IMG/VR virus record: IMGVR_UViG_3300027668_002455
Span: 96,001 to 160,000 of that record
Source: a virus
Length of the DNA stretch: 64,000 nt
Reading direction: 5' to 3' (one strand)
Made by a program: the position numbers and the translations under genes
Shown: positions 41,101 through 48,374 of the stretch, in pieces
How positions within the stretch are numbered: position 1 is the stretch's first letter
Layout of the letters: each line of letters opens with the position of its first letter
The notes under the pieces: model-generated
Database searches by the model: none
Told to the model about the DNA's origin: nothing
The model's input: the letters and a program-made list of their open reading frames with translations, nothing else

Positions 41101-43153
41101 TAGGGTCGAGTTTTCCCTCATTTATTTTTCGAGTAATAGTGGATTGAGACATAGACCCTTTGCCCATTATGCCTGCCCCTAGCGATGTAAGTTTTAAGTT
41201 AGCAAAATTCGGAACAAATCCACCCGCAGAATTATAAGGGTCATACCCATGTACACCCTTAAATGAGTCTCTGTAATTATTGCCCGCAGAAGACGTTCGT
41301 GGTGGCATAATGCCCGGCTGTTGTAATCCCGGAAATTTCTTTATTTCTTCATTACCATTATAAGTAACTTTTCCTACCCCCGGAATGGTGGCTTCTTTTA
41401 TTTTGCCCGCTTGGTAGCCGCCAGCTTTCGCGAGCCTTTTTTCTTGAACTTCTTGACTAAAGTTAGGAACAAATCCAGAAGCAGCGCCCATATTGAAGCT
41501 GGGAATAAAACCGCCTGCCTTGGGTTTTTTGCCCCCCGTTCTCTTTGCGCCCCCCTGCATTGCTAATACCGCTGGCGCAGCCTTTTGTGCAGCCAGCGTA
41601 AGTTTTTCCATTTCTGCTCTAGATTCTTTAATTTTCTGAGCCAACACACGAGCGACTGCCACCATCCCCTCTTCTGAAGCTGTGGCTTGATTAATAAGCG
41701 CGGGGCGTTGAGCTAAAATATTTTGAATTATATTTTGTGTACTTGCTAGTTTTTGGGAAGCAGTTTCCATTCCCATGAAACCCGCAGCAGCGTCTTTGAC
41801 AAATACTGCTAACTTAGCTCCTATTTTGACAAGCACAAAACCAAGCAATGCTAGCCCCGGACCGCTTATGATTTTCCCCATGCCCTCATACACAGCGGTA
41901 CCAACTGTTTCACCCAAACCAAAAAAGTTTTTAGGGCTTATCAAATCAGCAAAGCCATTTACCATTTTAAGAATTCTATCTAAAGCGGGTTTAACAGTAA
42001 GGGCACCTACCTCTGTTGCAAACTTGGTTAAATTAACCATCGTTTTATTTACCATACCTTCAGTGGTAGAAGTCAAAAGTCCCATGCGTTGAGTAGCTTC
42101 ATTAGTAGTTTCATTGGCTACCATTAATGCTTTTTGATATTTTCCTGTCTCATTAGCTAGTTCAGGCAGAACAGCTTTTAAAACGTTTACCTGAAAAACA
42201 CCCGCTAACATTTCAGAAGAGGTAGCTCTAAGTGATGGAGCTAGTGAACCATAAACTTTTGCATAGTTTTCTAAAACTTTCATAGCAGGAAGTAGCTCCC
42301 CGCTTGTTTTTCGTACAGCCACGCCAAGAGATTCTAGTTGACGCAGGGTTTCTGGTCTCTGAATCCTCGTAAAAATAGTTTTAAAGCTATTACCAATAAC
42401 CGCACCACCCCGAGCAGTCTTTTCTTGAGCGGTGGTTACAATCGAAATCAATTCCTCGAAACTAACATTCGCACTATTAGCCGCAGCACCCGTCCTTTTG
42501 ATAGCTTCTGCCAAATCACCAGAGCTAACAGCAAATTTAGCATCTACCTGAGCCATCTTATTAACAATCTGCGTTGAGTTACCAGCAGCTTTACCAAAGG
42601 TGTTTATGGCGGCGGTTAGTGATTCCGTTGCATTTTTAACATCCATACCACCTAATTTTGCAAGGGTCATGGCGGCGGTTGTTCTTTTTAGTGACTGTTC
42701 AACATTTAAACCCTGCCTAGCAAATTCTTCCGCAGATTCAGCAACCTCATAAAAACTATGCCCCGTGGCTTTGGCAGCCTTGAAAAGTCCATTTGAAAAT
42801 CTTTCGAAATCTTTACCGGTGGCATTCAGAAGGACTTGAATATTTGTGAGTTGCTGCTCTACTTTGATAGTCGTCTTAACGAGCTCTGACATCGCTTTTT
42901 GAACAGCAAAAATAGCACCAGCCGAAGCACCGAATGCAATGACACGAGCGTTAGAAGCTTCTAGTGATTTATTGAACTCATTTGCCGCCCCAGTAATACG
43001 TCCAAGGGGCTGTGTAAAATTCTTGGCAACAATGGGGTTTTTATTGAAGGACTGAGTTTTATTGAAAAGGGCTTGAAGCTGCTGCTCCGCCTTCCGCATT
43101 TCTGAAGCGGGGACGTTGATTCCAATATCAATTGTTGCACTATTCCTAGCCAT
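32150..43153 (-). CDS. Tape measure protein (TP901-type core, 3667 aa)
   Basis: Core EVAESAEEFARQG...AVSSGDLAEAIKRTG...GGAVIGNSFKTIFTRI. Long Ala/Lys-rich helices and hydrophobic segments. C-terminal DDIPARLGRGEYVI and DTVPAMLTAGEWVV motifs. Confidence 0.93.
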   Translation of the reverse strand: MARNSATIDIGINVPASEMRKAEQQLQALFNKTQSFNKNPIVAKNFTQPLGRITGAANEFNKSLEASNARVIAFGASAGAIFAVQKAMSELVKTTIKVEQQLTNIQVLLNATGKDFERFSNGLFKAAKATGHSFYEVAESAEEFARQGLNVEQSLKRTTAAMTLAKLGGMDVKNATESLTAAINTFGKAAGNSTQIVNKMAQVDAKFAVSSGDLAEAIKRTGAAANSANVSFEELISIVTTAQEKTARGGAVIGNSFKTIFTRIQRPETLRQLESLGVAVRKTSGELLPAMKVLENYAKVYGSLAPSLRATSSEMLAGVFQVNVLKAVLPELANETGKYQKALMVANETTNEATQRMGLLTSTTEGMVNKTMVNLTKFATEVGALTVKPALDRILKMVNGFADLISPKNFFGLGETVGTAVYEGMGKIISGPGLALLGFVLVKIGAKLAVFVKDAAAGFMGMETASQKLASTQNIIQNILAQRPALINQATASEEGMVAVARVLAQKIKESRAEMEKLTLAAQKAAPAVLAMQGGAKRTGGKKPKAGGFIPSFNMGAASGFVPNFSQEVQEKRLAKAGGYQAGKIKEATIPGVGKVTYNGNEEIKKFPGLQQPGIMPPRTSSAGNNYRDSFKGVHGYDPYNSAGGFVPNFANLKLTSLGAGIMGKGSMSQSTITRKINEGKLDPSHVASGQGYSYGTQKNIKESKAGREPKNPRNIHTYNTQGAIGLLSYYGTPNKSDHAQLPIKKIPALSDLMKSNDLSNDSIKFTGLQISSLQSMPKKGDETSKKFSQQISDHMAGPMVSLTEQFLKHTGLNHKGRLKDKKGLVDSLKKSNAFLSPGTEGDIFENLARIATNTPGQLDELSEAGGSFKAPFDFEEGRGEKANSKFIKTFKFGSQLKKADAKRSATGEAKQSLINKAYTEGLLDDMGLGARFATELPGLGKNLKAGPGSSGARKMTQKQKLSTATRMQKAISALGFVPNFMAPRGNPWAEKQRAHLAKTLNKNKLAPGLRRWDDGERGGMKYIGGDEGGRMDYTSGKMHSRSSGLAGQEALQIQYNMSKQKGRGFQQFKELANVSQETGKPIYSSQLINQLWAGLPSQSPEKRKSELLGRMSPFEGMSKVAFPQLRHRMRPNMVTSGIFSMPEVGPEKKFRSLKQLQGMVGSMPKEVVVDGLRRNKIEFESLISRPTNNTSARADTGLLSKKTKAGGFIPNFALGGLGAAIDREDRAGVRRDQVRVGHDDRLNGGTGVYNTKEGSLGNAINMHLASGATMKSIQRQGKADGYIPNFAQKKQGGGDDMGMGMSMGMMMVGSQLSVMSDRLKETNEGVSTFSSSVLDLSASFAMYYPMIAMATQSYGGILGALSKLGTGISASIAGLAVWTKSVIASAKVSMGKSAFSGPLTKSGKPDMRFKANKGGGTKGLGARMGGGIARGGRAAYAAAAANPAVAIALAVAAVGIGVNKLMQGAYDAKGAAARKRVQEAAKKSAESFKNLNEHMSKASEATSAFGKALGKGDAAGVAAAKNDIIRSLNLAGIGDTMKRSGGVTVGKDKLNTKAEVISKIQDVNTSVEDIRELNAAIKSAASRFNQMAQGAGASATALDAFAQNQGMLYSKDTSAENMAKAAQGFASMLDGVGQKKAREMLKEFTNLKDSGKSLSDEYNISQDEAQAYNRKVVAQLSSLDGLSAEQKDLLESLKEMDQKVNLDEDDFMRLHMIINGKLLPILKRRATMEEGLIKEEDAFAKETSLLHDEIQKFKNNLKGLKNQITLKKSLTKLFEDQTLKMFDLGTKTLVDNLSKTASERTLIEFNAASEERRLRIKHANELNDLQVKKQEALMSDLETHLLSKVRGTEKLTPQKGGFMGKDFQNQINKKFGPAFFEAIRNADLSGADKAIADAIKMAKGPAGGAENRVVVANMKKHREALEDLTSATSREITVMRAKQKAEMDYAKAMKVAATAQLKLAQQISFAGGIGGAAGAPIKAFKDWESNKLNYKQGNMLGDSGRDLQTSGMIANLKMLRSLTDPGGNNPANAYVEPLTQQLQKNHRLFLDKMLGGSSEQIFSNKKLEDISRTQAKNLIKPDREIKDLFSQNERFSFDGKNNLKVFIANWQDAGKEGGGGTDPVTGLPIGAQGGVGGDRGPGFGGGGSIPGQPRANWAARRGLGNPMAAFSAGSEQSKELQRLQKQYAGGGAEGDKIAQTLKGREHARGVAAEAFARTSAALTKTIEGLALLKQNEETSLKNKETTRAAREAFEKNARGGTWIGDKDTGRWGRTPEEGKALPAGHKYGTPMYEEAFRAGKPDFPSNKRENTREYDAMLANESTWQRAADEATKKRVAAEKSIANLERAKASQEKAITQYNKEIGQLKTELQNNTTSLGKLTTALNQLDKGGMEKSRENVGSMTTMISKAFGEMSNLKGFAGTKEGDQMIVDGFYDMNELLTRLTDDDGVLSAADMKQLKDSLEEIKTKAQMISLGETSAPFGDGNPLNPVQAGRARDKVETIAAPSRAANMENIAKAVQDFSGSNRSLPDKEREKVEKFMTELSDSLFKNQKGQDLDLKDIDPALMAEKLKQARKEIMLFQDTINMSSFTAGRKNFEEVQNGISKTMDALVNDAKGKKTEVDLTKQIDQLLKLSEARDKESAAIKGSIDARDVILETSSSMQDLRLQMSKYGIEGEVATNAMSNLGTVLRSVAADGEIAGDDITELAEAMRKAQEAVKKSKREKGFLDPDQFKSDITKFLQEGVEDGTRQAGESLKGYVAALGDVGNEAVRAMRSSEVTKKLGSALIGSLNAANAQVIESQKAAAVEYYKVTGDLAAAIEKNNELDLYRTEIAQKVSNGIITQATANFLLSEKTKEATHATAKLNRELGMLGSYDPKKLKQDEVDRNNAKMLKGGSTYDNVQTTLDNLSNDDVYNPLNIYKDAGRMRDKREGEVKGAFGASLNTKLGAMNAGMEADNTDIGARRAMGMALTKQNLNKLENDSIELDKKRVDILNQLKDGQINANQAEIRMAKARAPMEQERLNLALADGTIAQAEYESGMRALAETMMEGDMSAGDFNSALKSTLMALTHLEKNAAQKDFIKMIDRNGKAFKDGVKDAFAAAINGTMTFREAMAKVMQDIAADMLSTSISSLVNTAFNAVGKALIPQPGAPGAATGGHVVGGIRGVQTFQKGGLVSGGKGGVDDIPARLGRGEYVIKESSARKYGTNYLNDLNAGRVNKFAAGGSADSARSNLQNTYDWNDPKKPTAGSFNVDSRLSALGQMDSSNPQNAYKFSREATLDQYLKDKAADDEMKKNAMMAYKTQRRKIIQSAVMQIAMVGIQAGMQSMGSSPKAKNPKTGKPLKSGEVLTKGGKVIKPGSSGWAQAISSAPVSSIGGTPAQIEVQQYKAQGVRDMQMAKTTGFPATAPGGGVYGSDKVARADRVMEQMQDQAMLKQFTKDRTPKQNFLQQLLGFQPGANYGSPLTTPSKKAGGTGKKGGLGDVNILGATSNLTKGDGGGGITRPKTMIDASRLKLFRQDHDTMHVAAGGPAHTRGRDTVPAMLTAGEWVVPKETVDLYGMGFMNKLNKGEVQHFAEGGYVGPRGGGETPSSGGGSASSVNNDFTINVNVTNEGGGSDDGRTALGEKDQNTQGGLEENERNKELGVRIKGAVVQEIVYQKRPGGLLYSEKRS

Positions 43154-43191
43154 ATAATCCTTTTACCGACTATAATTACACTAAAAAAAAG

Positions 43192-44199
43192 CTATTCGCC
43201 GTGTAATTTTATTAAGTCATCCATGTCCAAATGACCGCCCTTTTCAGCAGCAGCTTTGGCTAAGGATACGCCTCCATCCGGTGCACCAGATGTAAGACCC
43301 ATGCGCTTCATGTCTTCCTGTGTGGCACCCACTACGGTAGTAGCCGAAGATTCGTCCATTTTTTGCTTTATTTTGTCACTGTTTTTACTGACATTGAATA
43401 AGTCAATTAGCTTATCTGGATCTGACATCGTTTCTGGGTCTGGGTCATGTTTAAGCTCAGAAAGTATATGTTTAAAGTATTTACCGAAACTAAAGAGTTC
43501 GTTTTGATTAAATGTTAATTCCACAACAGGTCTTCCATAAAAAATAAATGGATTGTCCTCACATAAATAAAAAGAATTAAGAAAAAATCCCGAAAGAGCA
43601 ACCCTTTTAAGGTTGTGGTCAGAATACATCTCAGAAAGGACGTTGTAATTAGCAATTAATAAAAGGATATCTTTTTCATGAATTTCCTCGAAAACTTCTG
43701 CACTAAAAAGTGGCACCTTGCATTCTGCGTCTTTATAAGAGGTTGTATATATAAAAAATTCATTTACTTTTTTTGTAGCATAAGACTCTACCGTGTATCC
43801 GACTAACTCGAGTTTCTCTGAAGCGATCTCTGCATGTTCTTGTTGTACATCATTAATCTGCTTCTGAATAGAGTCCATATCAGCCTGCAATATGAATTTA
43901 GATTTTGTTATCTTTAAGGCTGATGCTTGTTGTAAGCACTCTTTTATTCGAGTATCTTTTTCAGAAGACCACAAACCTTCCTTTTCTAGATCTTTTAGTT
44001 TTTCCTCTTCAGTTGGAAGACCCTTACTTTTTGCATGATTTTCATATTCTTTTTTTCTTTCATCAATCTCCTCTGAAGAGAAGAGATCTATATGTTTTAG
44101 ATAAAAGGTGCCAAATTTTTCTAAATAAGATTTATTATACCCACGGATTACATCCATGTATACTCCTCTTAATAGATGTGGTTCAATTTTTTTAGACAT
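43192..44199 (-). CDS. Tail assembly chaperone, long form (GT-like)
   Basis: Directly upstream of the tape measure. Paralogous to 44248..45249 (GLPT...G.WS; TVESYATKK) with an extra C-terminal domain. Confidence 0.6.
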   Translation of the reverse strand: MSKKIEPHLLRGVYMDVIRGYNKSYLEKFGTFYLKHIDLFSSEEIDERKKEYENHAKSKGLPTEEEKLKDLEKEGLWSSEKDTRIKECLQQASALKITKSKFILQADMDSIQKQINDVQQEHAEIASEKLELVGYTVESYATKKVNEFFIYTTSYKDAECKVPLFSAEVFEEIHEKDILLLIANYNVLSEMYSDHNLKRVALSGFFLNSFYLCEDNPFIFYGRPVVELTFNQNELFSFGKYFKHILSELKHDPDPETMSDPDKLIDLFNVSKNSDKIKQKMDESSATTVVGATQEDMKRMGLTSGAPDGGVSLAKAAAEKGGHLDMDDLIKLHGE

Positions 44200-44202
44200 T
44201 AC

Positions 44203-44228
44203 AAAAAAGGCCCCATTTTCATGGGGCC
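44203..44228 (-). terminator. Intrinsic terminator between the two chaperone genes
   Basis: GGCCCCAT-GAAA-ATGGGGCC then TTTTTT on the - strand. Confidence 0.75.
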
Positions 44229-44247
44229 CGTGTGTTCTTTTTATAAC

Positions 44248-45249
44248 CTATGCATTGTTATCAGAACTTTCTTGTGAATCTTCGGTTGACCCCGAGTCTT
44301 CCACGGGAGGCTCTTCCACGGGAGGCTCTTCCACGGGAGGCTCTTCCACGGGAGGCTCTTCTACGGGGGGCTCTTCTACGGGGACTTTCTTTTTTGCCTT
44401 TTTCTTTTTAGCAGTTTTCTTTTGAGGGGGATCTGCCTCTTCAGTAGATTCTTCTTTTTTATCTCCAGCTTGCGCGAGTGCTTCCATTGAGGCATCCTCC
44501 AGTCCTGAAGCTTCTAGTTCTCCCAAAAGCTTCTTAAACTCTTCTTCGGTTTGAGCATTACCCACGTACCAATAGCTTACATAATAAATCAACTTCCTAA
44601 GAAGCTCTTCATAAAAAGGATCATCCGACTCCTCCAAGGAGTCATAGGAGCTTAGTCTTTCCTCATGAATATCACCCGGAAAAACGTTTATAGGATTTTC
44701 TCCATTGTCATCTGTCAGATAAGCGAGATTTAACACCCACCATAAAATGGTTTTATTGCGTGCTCGATTTTCTGCAGTTTGTTCAAATAGAGATGCCTGA
44801 GCTAATTCAAAATCTTGAATTTTTCTTTTAAGAATACCACCCTCTTTCACAAAGGTAGCAAATTGACCCTTTTGCTCTTCGCTTCGGTTGTCAGACTTAA
44901 CTGCTGAAAGCCTCTCTATTTCTCTTTGATTTTCAAATAACTCTAGATAAAGATCAGCGTATTCCTCTTTATCGTCATCACTCATCACTCCGCCATCATT
45001 AGAAAATCTTTTAGCTAAAAGAGCTCTTGTCAAAAGCCCAGCTTTAATGCCTTTGGAAAGAATTACGCCATAGTAAAGCTCCGCGTCATCAAACATGATT
45101 CGATTGGGTTTACGCAAGATAACGTGTTGCTCTACCTCAACTTCTACCTCTTTGCTGACAGTGACCTCGTTGCCTTCTGAGTCTTTGCTTTTTTCTTCTA
45201 CTTTCGTAGTTGAACTTTTTTTCAGAACAAACTGATATAATCTTTTCAT
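44248..45249 (-). CDS. Tail assembly chaperone, short form (G-like) with acidic repeat tail
   Basis: Between tail tube and tape measure. Helical and acidic, with motifs GLLT and TAENRARNK. Confidence 0.6.
   Translation of the reverse strand: MKRLYQFVLKKSSTTKVEEKSKDSEGNEVTVSKEVEVEVEQHVILRKPNRIMFDDAELYYGVILSKGIKAGLLTRALLAKRFSNDGGVMSDDDKEEYADLYLELFENQREIERLSAVKSDNRSEEQKGQFATFVKEGGILKRKIQDFELAQASLFEQTAENRARNKTILWWVLNLAYLTDDNGENPINVFPGDIHEERLSSYDSLEESDDPFYEELLRKLIYYVSYWYVGNAQTEEEFKKLLGELEASGLEDASMEALAQAGDKKEESTEEADPPQKKTAKKKKAKKKVPVEEPPVEEPPVEEPPVEEPPVEEPPVEDSGSTEDSQESSDNNA
44297..44383. repeat. 15-bp tandem repeat (about 5.8 copies) encoding (PVEEP)n
   Basis: Four exact TCTTCCACGGGAGGC units plus two variant units. 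Confidence 0.95.
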
Positions 45250-45254
45250 ACCTT

Positions 45255-45485
45255 TTACCTTAGTTTAATATCAAAATTATCTAAATAATCTTCGATTTCC
45301 CGAGTAGCATCGTTACCGTGATCGAGCACTCTTTTTCGGAGTTTTTGATAAGTTTCCTCATCAATATTATAGTCTTTATCTTTTAAGTCTTCTAAAATAA
45401 ATAAGAAGCTTTTATAAAGATTTTTAACTTTTCTATTGATCTGGAATTCAAGGAAGTCCTTTTCCCTATTACCTTTTTCCTCCAT
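45255..45485 (-). CDS. Hypothetical helical protein
   Basis: 76-aa ORF filling the gap, with AAGGTAAAGGG leader and GTGTAA motif upstream. Confidence 0.75.
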   Translation of the reverse strand: MEEKGNREKDFLEFQINRKVKNLYKSFLFILEDLKDKDYNIDEETYQKLRKRVLDHGNDATREIEDYLDNFDIKLR

Positions 45486-45533
45486 AACCCTTTACCTTCA
45501 TATAGATTTACACGAAAGTATGTGTAAGAGAAC

Positions 45534-45561
45534 AAAAAAAAGCACCCCAAAAGGGGTGCTT
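45534..45561 (-). terminator. Intrinsic terminator after the major tail tube gene
   Basis: AAGCACCCC-TTTT-GGGGTGCTT followed by a T-run on the - strand. Confidence 0.85.
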
Positions 45562-45582
45562 GTATTTATTAATATAAGTTTT

Positions 45583-46773
45583 TTAGTGAGCTAGACCACT
45601 AATGAATAGTCCGACAGTACTTTGCTTCGGTCCACCAACCTGAGCCGAGAAGGACAGGGAAACGGATTTGTTTGAACCAATGTCAGAAGTGTACTCTTGA
45701 CTGTCAAGCTTACATTTCTTCAGTACGTAGCGAGCCATAACATTATCAGCGTTAGAGGTGCCCGGGGCATTGAGCTTGATGTCAAGATCATATGCGCTAT
45801 CAGCATCAATAATGTCAGCCAAACTACCAGTCGTAATATCACCAAGGTTTGCATCTACCGAGCACGTCACGGTCACAGGGAAGGTAATTTCCCGCGCGAA
45901 CGCGAAGCGTGAACCAAGCTTTTGCAGTGGGTCACGAGCAAGGTCGAAGGACAAGCTGTAGCTTTGAATCTTAGCGTCACTAAGACTTACACCGGTTAAT
46001 TCGGTAATCGCAGTCGTTCCACCATTGGGATACCAACTTAACGTAATGTCGCCCGGACGAAGGGCACTTACACCAGATACGTTATTACTGGCTTCGCCAG
46101 AGGCCAACGCATACTTGGTAGCAGTGATCTTAGCGCCATCTGCGGGTGTAATTGCGGGAATAGCATTACCCGATACACCTTTGTCAAATTGCATATTCAG
46201 ACCCTCAATACTTACCGAGGCTGTTGGGAAATCACCAACTGCGCCTTCAGTCGTATACGAGCTAATAAAGCCGTTACCAATACCAATTACACTGGTATTG
46301 CTAGTGGTGCTCGGGTCTAAAACATCCGAGTCACCTAAGGCGTCATTACCCTCTGGGACTGTTTTAATAAAGTAATTTCTTTCATCCGACTCTTTATTTA
46401 GAAATCCAGAGAGAGCAGCAAATACAGCTGTGCTTCCACTGGGCGTCATAGAGAAGCCGAGGATGTCTTCGTTCTCTAAAGATCCGAGGATATAAGAAGT
46501 GTCCAACGAAACCGTGGGAGACTCCAAAATAACCCGGTCAATAGCAGCTAGCTCGCCAAACTGATTAACGTCTTGGCGGGTGATGTTGAAACTGTAATTA
46601 GCAGTTTGTACTCTTTGAAGTTGTTTAACCTTGCTTCGCCCATCATTGGTCGTGGTTATGGAATTGACGCCCGTCCACACAGTTGTGGTTGTTTGCTCTA
46701 GGTGGAAACCTGTAGAGGGAGAAGGTCCAGCATAAACTGCTTCACTTTGATAAATAATTCTATTTCTTGGCAT
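45583..46773 (-). CDS. Major tail tube protein (internally duplicated fold)
   Basis: Follows the neck genes, precedes the chaperones, and has its own terminator. Two repeats: VQTANYSFNITRQDVNQFG and IQSYSLSFDLARDPLQKLG. Confidence 0.8.
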   Translation of the reverse strand: MPRNRIIYQSEAVYAGPSPSTGFHLEQTTTTVWTGVNSITTTNDGRSKVKQLQRVQTANYSFNITRQDVNQFGELAAIDRVILESPTVSLDTSYILGSLENEDILGFSMTPSGSTAVFAALSGFLNKESDERNYFIKTVPEGNDALGDSDVLDPSTTSNTSVIGIGNGFISSYTTEGAVGDFPTASVSIEGLNMQFDKGVSGNAIPAITPADGAKITATKYALASGEASNNVSGVSALRPGDITLSWYPNGGTTAITELTGVSLSDAKIQSYSLSFDLARDPLQKLGSRFAFAREITFPVTVTCSVDANLGDITTGSLADIIDADSAYDLDIKLNAPGTSNADNVMARYVLKKCKLDSQEYTSDIGSNKSVSLSFSAQVGGPKQSTVGLFISGLAH

Positions 46774-46839
46774 AGGTTTTTCCTTATATTATGTCAATAA
46801 TTACATTTTTTTTGGTTATATGTGAAATTTATTTTTAAC

Positions 46840-47730
46840 TTATCTTACTTTTTGTAGTTCAAAATCAACTAAGGCACTGTAGGTGTTGGGGTTCACATTA
46901 TTAATCCCGGCAAAGGATGCCCCTCCGATCTTACTTACACGTATATTTTCAATAAAGCACGCATTATTTGTACTTTTTGCTGCTACGATATTAGTATAAT
47001 TATAGCCATTTTTAGGGTCACTTTGATCTTGAAAATCGCCTAAATTATTAAAGGGCATTTCATTTTCCGCGAGAAGATCAATATATTTATCTTTTTGATC
47101 CCTAAACACAGAGCAAGCTCCATCTAACAAAAATTGTGAATCAGCCACAATAATTGCCCTTACATCCATATTGGTTTGCTGGGTTCCCCCTAGCTGAAAT
47201 GGGTTATTTTGGCCGCCCATATTCTTAAGAAATATAGCTGGATAAGTCAATGAGTCTGGGGGAAGACCCGTGGCAGTTAAACCCATTTTATTTTTTAAGG
47301 TAAATTGAGTTTCAAAAAGTAGCTTCTCTTCAGTTTGATTGGTTAAATAAATATTATAATCTTTTACTGCATAATCACCGCTAACTGTTTTTGATGATAA
47401 AGCTCCACCGGCACCCGTAAAAAAGGACTGCCCTTTACTGTAATTAATTCCACTCAATAACCCTGACCCACGCAGGTTAAAATCCGCATCTGTACCAACA
47501 GTTCCTTTATCGGTTACGTACACACCACTCATAACCGTGGCCCCCGCGATAGAGCTATCAGCAACAAACTGCCTAAATGGAGATCCATGAATGTAATAAT
47601 TTTGATAAATATTATTAACAGGAAAAAGCTCAGACCCAAAATTTGAATAGGCCTGACCAACACTTAATAAGGTGTGATCAGCCCACAAATAAAAGCTTGA
47701 CATAGCCTGATTGTCAAATTGTCCTATCAT
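46840..47730 (-). CDS. Putative tail terminator/completion protein
   Basis: Upstream of the tube. TYPAIFL...FQLGG...DVRAIIVADSQFLLDG pattern. Confidence 0.55.
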   Translation of the reverse strand: MIGQFDNQAMSSFYLWADHTLLSVGQAYSNFGSELFPVNNIYQNYYIHGSPFRQFVADSSIAGATVMSGVYVTDKGTVGTDADFNLRGSGLLSGINYSKGQSFFTGAGGALSSKTVSGDYAVKDYNIYLTNQTEEKLLFETQFTLKNKMGLTATGLPPDSLTYPAIFLKNMGGQNNPFQLGGTQQTNMDVRAIIVADSQFLLDGACSVFRDQKDKYIDLLAENEMPFNNLGDFQDQSDPKNGYNYTNIVAAKSTNNACFIENIRVSKIGGASFAGINNVNPNTYSALVDFELQKVR

Positions 47731-48374
47731 CCTTTAATTCTTCTCCCCTGTAATCTTCGTATATAATGATTAATCATTTCAGACATATATTTAGATGGTT
47801 TATACATTGCACCGCTATGCACTGAGTTGCGAGACTGAATACCTTGTCCTGATCTGCCTTGCCCCATCTGTCGAGCTAGGTAATAACTTAACCCAGAGAT
47901 TCCTCGCTCAATTGCCCTAACCCAGCTTCGTCCACCCTCCCAAGGCATTGGGGTAAAACCCTCGATTTGGTTCATATTAGGAACCTCTACCTTGAAGGCA
48001 TAAGAACCACGACGGGTACCTTTTCTCTGAAGCCTTGTTCTTTTAGAAACATGTCCTGTAGATTTAAGATAACTTTTCACTTCTGACGTTGGATTTGAAC
48101 TGTTATCAAATCCAATAAATCCAAATAAAGAGCCCTCTCCATAAGGTAATCCCAATAAATTTCTACTAATATTTTTTGTGTTAGAAGCCCCCGCATCAAT
48201 TTCTTTGGTTATCGCGTGAGAGTCAAACTCTTTTACTAATTCATCCCTAGCGTTTTTAGCAGTCTCCTCTGCCTTATCATAAGCCTTATCCTTGATACTT
48301 TTAGCGTCAAGACCTCTAGAAACTTGTCTCTCAAAAGTCCCTTTGTTAATTTTTAATTTAAAAAATTTACCCAT
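47727..48374 (-). CDS. Putative neck/tail completion protein (basic)
   Basis: Basic protein between stopper and terminator positions. WVRAIERG...YMSEMI ending. Confidence 0.45.
   Translation of the reverse strand: MGKFFKLKINKGTFERQVSRGLDAKSIKDKAYDKAEETAKNARDELVKEFDSHAITKEIDAGASNTKNISRNLLGLPYGEGSLFGFIGFDNSSNPTSEVKSYLKSTGHVSKRTRLQRKGTRRGSYAFKVEVPNMNQIEGFTPMPWEGGRSWVRAIERGISGLSYYLARQMGQGRSGQGIQSRNSVHSGAMYKPSKYMSEMINHYIRRLQGRRIKG

Noticed and set aside
32831-42577. Many + strand ORFs opposite the tape measure, and similar ones opposite other long genes
   Set aside because: Antisense shadows of long coding frames, with no RBS or recognisable motifs.
44297-44383. CRISPR-like array
   Set aside because: Head-to-tail 15-bp units with no spacers, in frame within a CDS.
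44389-44395. A_AAA_AAG slippery heptamer near the end of the first chaperone gene
   Set aside because: The -1 frame reaches TGA before the gene ends and the next ORF is in frame 0, so it cannot make a G-T fusion.
45508-45527. TTACAC...GTGTAA inverted pair (a similar pair is at 43174-43208) as an operator or antisense promoter
   Set aside because: Only two cases with different spacing, one copy lying in coding sequence; cannot be separated from chance.
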